NCBI GenBank assembly: GCA_964365195.1
Contig: CAYIPM010000001.1
Location: forward strand, 1-34,788
Source: Candidatus Woesearchaeota archaeon
GTDB taxonomy: Archaea > Nanobdellota > Nanobdellia > Pacearchaeales > GW2011-AR1
Reading direction: 5' to 3'
Length of the DNA stretch: 34,788 bases
In this document: positions 8,692 through 17,300 of the stretch, in pieces
Layout of the letters: every line of letters starts with the position of its first letter
Numbering within the stretch: the first letter of the stretch is position 1
The notes under the pieces: generated by a model
What the model saw: only the letters and a program-made list of their open reading frames with translations
Told to the model about the DNA's origin: nothing
Database searches by the model: none
Position numbers and translations under genes: made by a program

Positions 8692-9063
8692 ATGATTAGT
8701 AAGAAAATGAAAAGAGGGTTACGCAGGAATAAATATGCTCAGAACATAACTATTAGCACGCTTGTTGTTATAATTCTTGCCATTATTGTTCTTGTTGTTC
8801 TTGTGTATGGATTTACTGTTGGATGGGGAGATTTATTCAGCAGAATCACGGGTTTAGGCGACGGTAAAATTAATGTTCAAACTGTTGTACAAAGCTGTCA
8901 AATTGAGTGTTCAACGCAGTCAAGTTATGATTATTGCACACGAACGCGAAGGGTGGTGTTTGATGAAACTGATGCTGCTAAAAATAAACAACCAATTACC
9001 TGCTCTAAACTTGAAAATGAAAATGTTGGATTGGAAAAATGCGCGCTAATAACCTGCCCGTAG
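8692..9063 (+). CDS. Cys-rich pilin-like protein (paralog of 31242..31577)
   Basis: MKRGLRRNKYAQNITISTLVVIILAIIVLVVLVYGF, followed by a shared motif (VQ..SC...C..Q..YDYCT...V....) also present in the 31242 gene. The true start may be the ATG at 8707. Confidence 0.7.
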   Translation: MISKKMKRGLRRNKYAQNITISTLVVIILAIIVLVVLVYGFTVGWGDLFSRITGLGDGKINVQTVVQSCQIECSTQSSYDYCTRTRRVVFDETDAAKNKQPITCSKLENENVGLEKCALITCP

Positions 9064-9105
9064 ATCAAGGGAATCTGCCGCGGTTCACCAATAGCCCCTT
9101 CTATA

Positions 9106-9202
9106 TATAGAGAGTTTTGAATAACCTCAATCTTAAAACTCTCTAAGAAGGACTTTGAAGAGATTTCCTTCGGAAATTGGGGTTATTCAAAGTCCTCTAT
9201 AG
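9106..9202. repeat. Hairpin units, family D plus family C
   Basis: Same units as 4711..4752/5003..5056 and 33322..33363/33433..33485. The inner ATTTCC-TTCG-GGAAAT stem-loop is conserved. Confidence 0.75.
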
Positions 9203-9442
9203 TAATTATCATTATCGCGGATCAGAGTGTTTTGCATTAAGATGTCAATGGAATCCGACGGCATAATTTAAATATTCAATTCTTTTTGTTGTATTATGGA
9301 CTATTCATTTGGTGATAAGCGAAAATCGAAAAATGACAAGCGAGCAAAAGCCAGATATAATCGCTATAAGAAGGGCGGCGGAAAAACCACGCGCAGTCAA
9401 GACCCAAAAAAATATTAATTTGATTCTTGGACAATTTCAGGT

Positions 9443-9514
9443 TATAGTGAAAGAATCGCGTCTTTCCCTAATAAATCAACGACAAAATGGTCAAAAATTA
9501 ATGTCGTTGATTAT
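9443..9514 (+). repeat. Double-hairpin repeat, family B (short form)
   Basis: TATAGTGAAAGAATCGCGTCTTTCCCTAATAAATCAACGAC...GTCGTTGATTAT. Confidence 0.75.
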
Positions 9515-9620
9515 GACTTAACATTTCACAAAGATTTTTAAATAAGTTCTTATTAGTATTTGTAAAGATGGTGATGGAATATATTTTTTTGAATGATTAT
9601 TATATGTTGAGGGAGAAATC

Positions 9621-10478
9621 ATGAATCCTAAACCTACATTGCATGATAGAGCTTCTTCTGTAAAGACGAGCAAGGGCGCTTTTTTGCCTTCCTCGAAACA
9701 ATCTATAGTAAAAACGAAATTTGATTTTATTAAAACAGATATTTCCGGTTTTGATGAGCTATTAACAGACGGCATCCCTCGAGGAAGCTCTCTTCTTGTT
9801 GAAGGCGGACCGGGAAGCGGCAAGACTGTTTTTTGTTTACATCTTGCAAAAAATTTTTGTAAACAAGGAAAAAAAGTATTATACATGAGTTTTGAAGAGC
9901 CGGAAGCGCGCCTGAAAGTGCATATGCATGGTTTTGGCGCTGATCCGGAAGAATATGAAAAAAAGAAATTACTTTATATCAAACGATTCAATGCGCTGGA
10001 CATAGCCAGAAGTGTTGAAGCATTATTAAGCGAAGCAAAAAAAGAATTGCTTGTTGAAGTGCAGCCGGTGTTAATTCCAAAAGATTTTCAGCCAGATTAT
10101 ATTTTTATGGATTCATTAACAAGCATAGGGAGCGCGTTCTCTGGAGAGGAAAGCAGATTTAGAATCTATATGGAGCAATTATTTAGATATCTTGAAGGAC
10201 ATAATATCACCTCGTTTCTGATTCGGGAAACAAGCGCGCCGTCTCATATTGGCACCACTTTTTTTGAAAAAGGGGAAGCAGTTTCTTTTTTGAGTGATGG
10301 CATTATTGTTTTGTATAATGTTTTTTATAGAGGGAAAGAACGAAAACGCGCCCTTGAAATATTAAAAATGCGCGGAGCTGACTTTATGCGAAAAGTTGTT
10401 GAACTTGAAATTATATCTAAGAAGGGCATTATTGTATATCCAGGCCGCATTTTAAGCGGCGAATATGTTTTGACGTAA
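9621..10478 (+). CDS. KaiC/RecA-superfamily ATPase (FlaH-like)
   Basis: TDISGFDELLTDGIPRGSSLLVEGGPGSGKT (Walker A) and hhhhD (YIFMDSL) Walker B. Single-domain KaiC-like layout of about 285 aa. Confidence 0.8.
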   Translation: MNPKPTLHDRASSVKTSKGAFLPSSKQSIVKTKFDFIKTDISGFDELLTDGIPRGSSLLVEGGPGSGKTVFCLHLAKNFCKQGKKVLYMSFEEPEARLKVHMHGFGADPEEYEKKKLLYIKRFNALDIARSVEALLSEAKKELLVEVQPVLIPKDFQPDYIFMDSLTSIGSAFSGEESRFRIYMEQLFRYLEGHNITSFLIRETSAPSHIGTTFFEKGEAVSFLSDGIIVLYNVFYRGKERKRALEILKMRGADFMRKVVELEIISKKGIIVYPGRILSGEYVLT

Positions 10479-10496
10479 TCTACATTAAATCGTTTT

Positions 10497-10541
10497 ACCC
10501 CACAGCTCGCTGCGGAGTGAGCCGGTGGCGAACGGGGGTAG
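10497..10541. other. Isolated GC-rich stem-loop region downstream of the ATPase gene
   Basis: CCCCACAGCTCGCTGCGGAGTGAGCCGGTGGCGAACGGGGG with outer CCCC/GGGG and inner GCTC/GAGC pairing. Stands out from the AT-rich surroundings. Confidence 0.4.
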
Positions 10542-10719
10542 TTGATTTTCATTATTTTTTTGCAAATATTTATAAATCCTTTTTTAATTATATATTAATA
10601 GTAATTAATAGAATTAATTGGTACATGATTGATTATTATTAATTACTAAAATAAAAAGATGGTGATAAGTGATAATAGATTTATTAGAACAATTACTAAT
10701 AATTATCACTAATGTATAT

Positions 10720-10929
10720 ATGTCAAAAATTGACGAGGTTATAGAAGGCATTAAAGATATTCTTAAAAAAGATGCTCGTGGATTGACTATTCAGGAATTA
10801 TCTGAAAAAATAAAAGTTTCCCGCATTACTGCCGCAATGGCGCTCATGAAACTTGATGGCATGGGTGTTATCGACATTCGCACTATTGGAAATTGTAAAT
10901 TGCATTATTTGAAGAGGAAGGGAGCATGA
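10720..10929 (+). CDS. Small winged-helix DNA-binding protein
   Basis: 69 aa from the first ATG (the track ORF starts at a GTG at 10669). LTIQELSEKIKVSRITAAMALMKLDGMGVI looks like an HTH. 4-nt overlap with the next gene. Confidence 0.55.
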   Translation: MSKIDEVIEGIKDILKKDARGLTIQELSEKIKVSRITAAMALMKLDGMGVIDIRTIGNCKLHYLKRKGA

Positions 10930-11486
10930 TAGAAAAATTATTTACATCAAAAAACAGAGTGAAAATTCTCGAGTTTTTTTTGTTTAGAGAAAAAGAGAGT
11001 TATATTCGAGAAGTATCACGACAATTAAAAATAACCAGCAGTGCCGTAAAAAAAGAAATTGATAATCTTATTGCTATAGGAATTTTAAAAAATGATAAAG
11101 GAACGATAACACTTAATACTTACTGCAATTATCTCGAAGATTTGAAAAATATTTTTATAAAAACAGACTTTCTTTTGTATCCTTTACAAGAAGCTTTTAA
11201 GAATGTTACCGCAGATTATGTTTTTCTCTTTGGAAGCTTTGCACGCGGAGATTATAATGAACAAAGTGACGTTGACGTTATGGTTATAGGAGAAATATCT
11301 TCATTTGATGTTTATAAAAAAATAAAACCTTTTGAGGATATCCTGAAGCGAGATATTAATCCTGTTGTTTGGACAATTAATAATCTCAAAAAAGAGAAAA
11401 AAAGTGGTTTTATTCGGGATATTTTCAAAAAGGGGATTATTATGATACGAGGTGATAAAAATGAACTTGCAAAAATTATTAGATGA
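10926..11486 (+). CDS. wHTH-fused minimal nucleotidyltransferase (MNT-type antitoxin-like)
   Basis: N-terminal wHTH (RVKILEFFL..SYIREVSRQLKITSSAV) plus the NTase motif LFGSFARGDYNEQSDVDVMV. Confidence 0.85.
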   Translation: MIEKLFTSKNRVKILEFFLFREKESYIREVSRQLKITSSAVKKEIDNLIAIGILKNDKGTITLNTYCNYLEDLKNIFIKTDFLLYPLQEAFKNVTADYVFLFGSFARGDYNEQSDVDVMVIGEISSFDVYKKIKPFEDILKRDINPVVWTINNLKKEKKSGFIRDIFKKGIIMIRGDKNELAKIIR

Positions 11487-11895
11487 AGGGAAAATTGAAA
11501 AAGTTGAACAGAAAGAATTCTCTTCTGATTCTATTGAGAAGAGCCTTGATTTTGCAAAAAAAGGATTAGAAATGGAACGATATGATGAAGTAATGCCGAT
11601 AGCGTATAACTCCATTTTTAGAATCAGCAATAAACTGATGAACCATTTATGGTATCGTGCAATCGGAAAAGAACATCATAAGAATGTATTTGAATTTTTA
11701 GTGCAAGCGGGTTTTGACAAAGAATTAGCGGGTTATTTTGATACAGTACGGAAAAAAAGAAATGATTTCATTTATCGAGATATTGAGAAAACATCAAGAG
11801 AAGAAGCCCAAGAAATTCTTTCCAAAGCAAAACTATTCGTTCACAAAATAAGAACATTTGTTCAAAAAAAGAGAACAGGAGAAAAAGTGAAATAA
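11452..11895 (+). CDS. HEPN-domain protein (partner of the MNT)
   Basis: 147-aa all-helical protein immediately downstream of, and overlapping, an NTase gene. VRKKRNDFIYRD lies where the HEPN R-x(4-6)-H motif sits, but no His is present. Confidence 0.55.
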   Translation: MIKMNLQKLLDEGKIEKVEQKEFSSDSIEKSLDFAKKGLEMERYDEVMPIAYNSIFRISNKLMNHLWYRAIGKEHHKNVFEFLVQAGFDKELAGYFDTVRKKRNDFIYRDIEKTSREEAQEILSKAKLFVHKIRTFVQKKRTGEKVK

Positions 11896-11988
11896 TATGA
11901 CAAGACAAGAGGTAAAACATATGCCCGAGCAGAAGAGAAATGAAATCAAAAAAGGAGATGTCTCTTATTTGAGACTTAAGTCTATACA

Positions 11989-12489
11989 ATGAGACAGGAT
12001 AACTATCAGAAGATGCTTGAGGTTTTTTATGAATATCCTACTCGCAGATTTACTATTCGTGAGATTGAAAAATTAACTAAAATACCACGAGCAACTGTTC
12101 ATAAGCAATTAATTAATCTTAAAAAAGAAAAAATGATAACCGTCGAGAATCAAGCTGAAACTACCCTTATTTTCAAAATAAAGAAAATTAATTATTATCT
12201 AGAAAAGATTGTTGCGTCTGGATTGCTTGAAGAGCTTATTGAAAAATTAAATCCTTCTTGTATCATTCTTTTTGGAAGTGTGCGAAAAGGAGAATCAGTC
12301 AAGGAAAGTGATATAGATTTGTTTGTAGAAAGTTTTGTGAAAAAAGAATTTTCTTTAAAAAAATTTGAGGGAATTTTGAAACATCCTATCCAGCTTCTTG
12401 TAAATTCAGATATGCACGATTTAGATAAAGAACTGTTGAATAATGTTGTGAATGGCATTAAACTTTTTGGGAGCTTTAAAATAAAATGA
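11989..12489 (+). CDS. wHTH-fused minimal nucleotidyltransferase
   Basis: RRFTIREIEKLTKIPRATVHKQLINL wHTH plus LFGSVRKGESVKESDIDLFV. Confidence 0.85.
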   Translation: MRQDNYQKMLEVFYEYPTRRFTIREIEKLTKIPRATVHKQLINLKKEKMITVENQAETTLIFKIKKINYYLEKIVASGLLEELIEKLNPSCIILFGSVRKGESVKESDIDLFVESFVKKEFSLKKFEGILKHPIQLLVNSDMHDLDKELLNNVVNGIKLFGSFKIK

Positions 12490-12914
12490 TTATCACAGAA
12501 ATAATGCATTGGAGGGAATGTGAAAAGGATTTTATACGAAGAGTAGAAATTGATGCTGAAAGAATAGAGTCACTCAAGAAAAAGGCATTATTACGACTTA
12601 CGCGCGCACGAAATACAACGGTGAATACTGAAACAATATCTTTTGTTGTTGAAGATTATTATGAGGTGATTAAAGAGCTTCTTATTGGATATTTATTAAA
12701 AAATGGTTTACGATCTAAAAATCATCAGTGTCTGATAAGTTTTTTTTATAAAAATAATCCTCAGTATGAAAAAGAAAGCTATCTTATTTCTCAGATGTCC
12801 TATTTTCGCAATAGACTTAGTTATTATGGGGAAGATATTCCGATGGATTTTTATCAAAAGAATAAAAAGGAGTTTGAACATATAATTTCATTACTGGTGA
12901 AATTAATTAGTTAA
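12486..12914 (+). CDS. HEPN-like protein (partner of the MNT)
   Basis: 142-aa helical protein with ATGA overlap to the NTase gene. FRNRLSYYGEDI lies at the HEPN motif position. Confidence 0.5.
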   Translation: MIITEIMHWRECEKDFIRRVEIDAERIESLKKKALLRLTRARNTTVNTETISFVVEDYYEVIKELLIGYLLKNGLRSKNHQCLISFFYKNNPQYEKESYLISQMSYFRNRLSYYGEDIPMDFYQKNKKEFEHIISLLVKLIS

Positions 12915-12927
12915 TCGGAAATAAAAA

Positions 12928-13146
12928 ATGAAAAAAGAGATGAACATATTAGATGAGAACACAAGAAACGAACGATATAATTTTTTGATGATATTCTTAA
13001 TCATTGTTTTAGGAGTTATTGCTATTTTTGCCGCATCTGTTTTGGAATTTATATTTCCTTCTTTTACAGACATTCCTTATTTTAAAAAATACTATAAAAT
13101 GGTAAATTTTATAAAAATAAAAACTAAAAATACTATAAAATGGTAA
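12928..13146 (+). CDS. 72-aa membrane-anchor fragment paralogous to the N-terminus of the giant ORF
   Basis: MKKEMNILDENTRNERYNFLMIFLIIVLGVIAIFAAS compared with giant ORF MKKKEASDVEKKKRHEQYNLIMIFLIILVGVVVIFAAY. Confidence 0.45.
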   Translation: MKKEMNILDENTRNERYNFLMIFLIIVLGVIAIFAASVLEFIFPSFTDIPYFKKYYKMVNFIKIKTKNTIKW

Positions 13147-13736
13147 AAATTTATACTTTATTTAAGAAAAAGGTGATTAGCAGAATTAATGAATTAGAAG
13201 TGGGAAGATATATTAACTTTTTTGAAAGTTCTTATGTCAGGAATGCTGTTGCGAAAACCACACACTTCAGTGTGCGGATGAGCATTCCTGAGCATCCTAA
13301 AGTCGCACAAACTGCGGACTTTAGTCCGCAGAATTTTCAGCGACTTTTTGATACTGATAATTTAGAACATTGTAAAAAAACAATCGAAGAGTTTCCTCGA
13401 TGGAGCATCATTTCTGGCTATTATGCCCTGCATGATATAACTAAATTGTTTATAGCAAAAAAATTTCAGATAAAAATAGATTTTAAAGTGCATGCAACTA
13501 CGATTATAGTATTGAGGGCATTATTAAAAAATAAAGAGTTGAGTCAGTCTTTAAACAATGGATATAGGGAATTTTTGCTTCTCGCCAATGATTTGGAAGA
13601 AGCAAAAAAAGAAAGAACAAAGGTGCAATATTATACTGGCAGTGCATTTTTGAAGGAAGAATATAGAAAACGAGCAAGAATTTTTTACAAAGATGTATTG
13701 CTCTATATACATAAAATAAAGGAGCTTGTAGCATGA
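13140..13736 (+). CDS. HEPN-like protein (upstream partner of the third NTase)
   Basis: 198-aa helical protein with ATGA overlap to the NTase gene. Contains SGYYALHDITKLFIAKKF. Carries a palindrome-rich, GC-richer in-frame segment at 13261..13331. Confidence 0.4.
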   Translation: MVKIYTLFKKKVISRINELEVGRYINFFESSYVRNAVAKTTHFSVRMSIPEHPKVAQTADFSPQNFQRLFDTDNLEHCKKTIEEFPRWSIISGYYALHDITKLFIAKKFQIKIDFKVHATTIIVLRALLKNKELSQSLNNGYREFLLLANDLEEAKKERTKVQYYTGSAFLKEEYRKRARIFYKDVLLYIHKIKELVA

Positions 13737-14290
13737 TCGGCACACTTGATAAAGATGTAATAAAAGTATTGACGGTTTTCGGAGTTTCTCCTGGATCTCA
13801 TCTTAAACGTACGCTTATACAGGAGAAAACCAACATTAATAACATTATTCTTAACAAAACTTTATTCAAGCTTGTTAATCTTACTATTTTAAAGAAAGAA
13901 AAAAATTATTATTATCTTAATTTTGAAGAAAAAAGTAGTAAAACTCTTTTAGCCCTTATTCAAGCGCATTATACAAAATTAAAACATCTTCCTTTGCGGG
14001 AATATTTTATTATTTTAGACATTTATTTTGAACTTTTATCTTTTGCAAATATTTCGGCAGTTTATTTATTTGGCAGTTACGCAAAACTTATATTTACTGA
14101 GAAATCTGATATTGATATTGCAATTATTACTGAGGAATCTGATAAAAAGGCACTCAAATCTTCTCTGCATACACTAGAAAAGAGACATAACAAAACTATT
14201 GAATTACATTTTTTTGGCAAAGATTTTTATAAAAATAAACGAGATCCTTTAGTTAAGGACGTAGTAACACATGGAGTGCAATTGATTTAA
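13733..14290 (+). CDS. wHTH-fused minimal nucleotidyltransferase
   Basis: LFGSYAKLIFTEKSDIDIAII NTase motif with an N-terminal wHTH-like region. Confidence 0.7.
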   Translation: MIGTLDKDVIKVLTVFGVSPGSHLKRTLIQEKTNINNIILNKTLFKLVNLTILKKEKNYYYLNFEEKSSKTLLALIQAHYTKLKHLPLREYFIILDIYFELLSFANISAVYLFGSYAKLIFTEKSDIDIAIITEESDKKALKSSLHTLEKRHNKTIELHFFGKDFYKNKRDPLVKDVVTHGVQLI

Positions 14291-14319
14291 TAATAAAAAT
14301 CCAGAAAAAAGATGAAACA

Positions 14320-17300
14320 ATGAAAAAAAAAGAAGCGAGTGATGTGGAGAAAAAAAAGAGACATGAACAATATAATTTGATAATGATTTTTTTAATTATC
14401 TTAGTTGGAGTTGTGGTTATTTTTGCTGCGTACACCATTTCAACATTCTCTTCAAGCGAATCAATCGATACCAACGTCACCCAAGAAAATAATTTTTCGC
14501 ATCTGACAATTAACAATGATGTTGCGCCTTACAATAGTTTAGTGTTGTATATGTCGTTTGATGAGAATTTTTCAAGATATGCAAATGTTTCATATGATTA
14601 TTCGGCGAATGGGAATGACGGAAGATTTATATTTAATAATGGAACGAGTAAATATAATTCGACTGGATTGTATGGAGGAATGGTTAGTTTTGATAATGAT
14701 GGAGATTATATTAATGTGAGTACTGCAAATAATTTAGATTTTGGATTATCTCCTTTTGCAATTAGTATGTGGGTATTAGCAGGTGATCCTACTGATAACT
14801 TAGACGGATTTCTTTCTAAAGATAATTATGCAGGAGGTACTACTTATGTTGGGTATCTCTTAAATATTCAAGCAGGTCCTCGTTGTAGTTTTGAAACGAG
14901 AAATATTACTGGTGGCGTTGGTCCTGATTCGAGGGTATTTAGCATAGCCACAATTTCAAGTAATGTCTGGACACATATCGTCGCTGTGAGAAATGCAACC
15001 TCTCCTGCAGCATTGCAAATTTTTGTCAACGGAGTGCTTGATAATTATACTATTGAATCGAGTGCAACAAATGTTACTAATAATGCGTCGCTTACATTAG
15101 GTGTTATTAATTCTTTCACACCCCTGCAATTCTTCAACGGTTCCATCGACGAAGTCATGATATTTAATTCTTCATTAAATTCTAGCGAGATATTAAAAAT
15201 ATATCAAAATCAATCTAGCAGATTTAAAAATCCTGGCAAGCAGGAATTAAAAGCATTTAATACGACGCTGACAGCTGGCTGGATTCGTGTGCAGGAAGAG
15301 GATCAGCAATTATTCAGCACTAATTTGACAAAACGAATTGGACAATGGAATGTTAGCAAAGGATACAAAGATTGGGATTTCACAGCGAATACGTATGGAA
15401 GTTTTGATGGGGTGAATGATTATGTGGATTTGGGAAATACTCTGCCCTTTGATTTTAATACTCCATTTACCATTTCTGCATGGATTAAGCATTCTATGAC
15501 TTCAAGTATTAATTTTATTAGTAAGCAAGAAAATTCTGGTAACTATAGAGGTTATGGATTAGGAACGGCTGTTAGTGGTAAATATGAGTTCTTTATTTAC
15601 AACAATGGAGGAATTACAGTTGATGCTTCTGCCAATCACAATGATGGCCAATGGCGCCATGTGTTATTTACATATTCGGGAAATAGTGATGCAAATGGAG
15701 TCACTTTTTATCTCGATGGCAACCCAGCCGCGTCTACCATCGTGACAAACACTTCTGTAGCTAGCATTCTAACTACGGCTTCATTGCAATTAAATGGTCG
15801 TGCCGGAGCGAATAATTTATTTGCTGGCTCCATAGACGAAGTCCGCATTTACAACCGAAGCTTGAATGCAACAGATATTTTAGAAATTAATGCATCGGGT
15901 AGAAGTGCAAATGCTTCAATAAATTCAACAGGGTTAGTTTTATGGATGCCATTTGCGGAAGATGGATATGTGAATGATAAGGTATTAGTTGCGGATAGAA
16001 GTGGATTAAATAATGATGGTGTGCGAAATAACGGAACAGATTATGGTGGGGAAAATTTAGTGAATGGCTCTTTAGTTTTGTATATGCATTTTGATAATAT
16101 CTCGACAGTAGGAGAGAATGATACGCTTGTTAAGGATTGGAGTGGGAGGGGGAATAATGGGACTGCTTTCAATGGTGTGCGGGTGAATACGACTGGAAAA
16201 TATGGGGGAGCGATGACGTTTGATGGGGTGGATGATTATGTGAATGTAACCCATAATAGTATATTTAATATTAATAATAGCATAACTCTTTCTGCATGGG
16301 TGAAAACCATTGATGGAACTAGTAATTATATTATAACAAAAAATGAGGATTCTTGGTTTCTCGCTATTGGTGCTGATGCTTCAACAACAAATAAGTTTTC
16401 ATTCTTTTTAACTCCTTTTTCTTTAGTGTGGTTAGGAAGTAGTTCTGATATAAATGATGGAATATGGCATCATGTTGTAGGGACATATAATGGTTCAGTT
16501 AAGAGTGTATTTGTTGATGGAATACAAGAAAATAGTACGAATATAACTGGGGCAATTGGTACAGGTGCATCTTCCGTACTAATAGGACATCGCCCTCTTT
16601 TAAGTGCTTATTTCAACGGCTCCATCGACGAAGTCATGATATTCAACCGTTCGCTTTCAGCATCGGAGATTACAAAATTGTATATAAAAGGTCGAGCAAA
16701 ATTCAACTATACTGATTATCAGCATACAAGCAATGAATATTTACGAGTAGATAAAGATTCAACGATGTGCATACTTGATTATAGATTTAATGCAACTAAT
16801 TATACTAATCCGTTTTATACGCCGTTATTGTTTACGAGTTCAGCAAACCCTTTGAATATCAGCGATGATACTATTTCACCAAGTGTTATAATAAATGCAC
16901 CAGCAAATGCAACTATAGGCACACGAAATATAACATTTAATATAACTGCAACAGATGGGGCTGTTGTTGATAATTGCACGTATTCCATAGATACTATTAT
17001 TAATGTTTCATTAACAAATTCAGTTGCAAATGATTATACTCATACCAATTCATCTTTAGGAGAAGGTTCTCATACAGCAAGATTCTATTGCGCAGATGCC
17101 TCAAATAATATAAATAACACAGAAACGAGAACTTTTTATGTTGATGCTCCGCCCTTAATTACTATTACATTTCCAACAAATAACTCTTTTTATAATTATA
17201 ATGTTTCAGTCATTAATTACACATACTCTGAAATTAATCCAGGCAGTTGTTGGTATTCTACTGATAAGGGATTTACTAATTCATCGACTGTTGCAATGGG

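Noticed and set aside
11301-13745. Minus-strand ORFs across the MNT/HEPN array (11301..11630, 11768..11989, 12195..12509, 13504..13745)
   Set aside because: They are antisense to genes with clear NTase motifs. Their translations are F/L/S-rich mirrors of K/E-rich coding sequence, and nothing else supports them.
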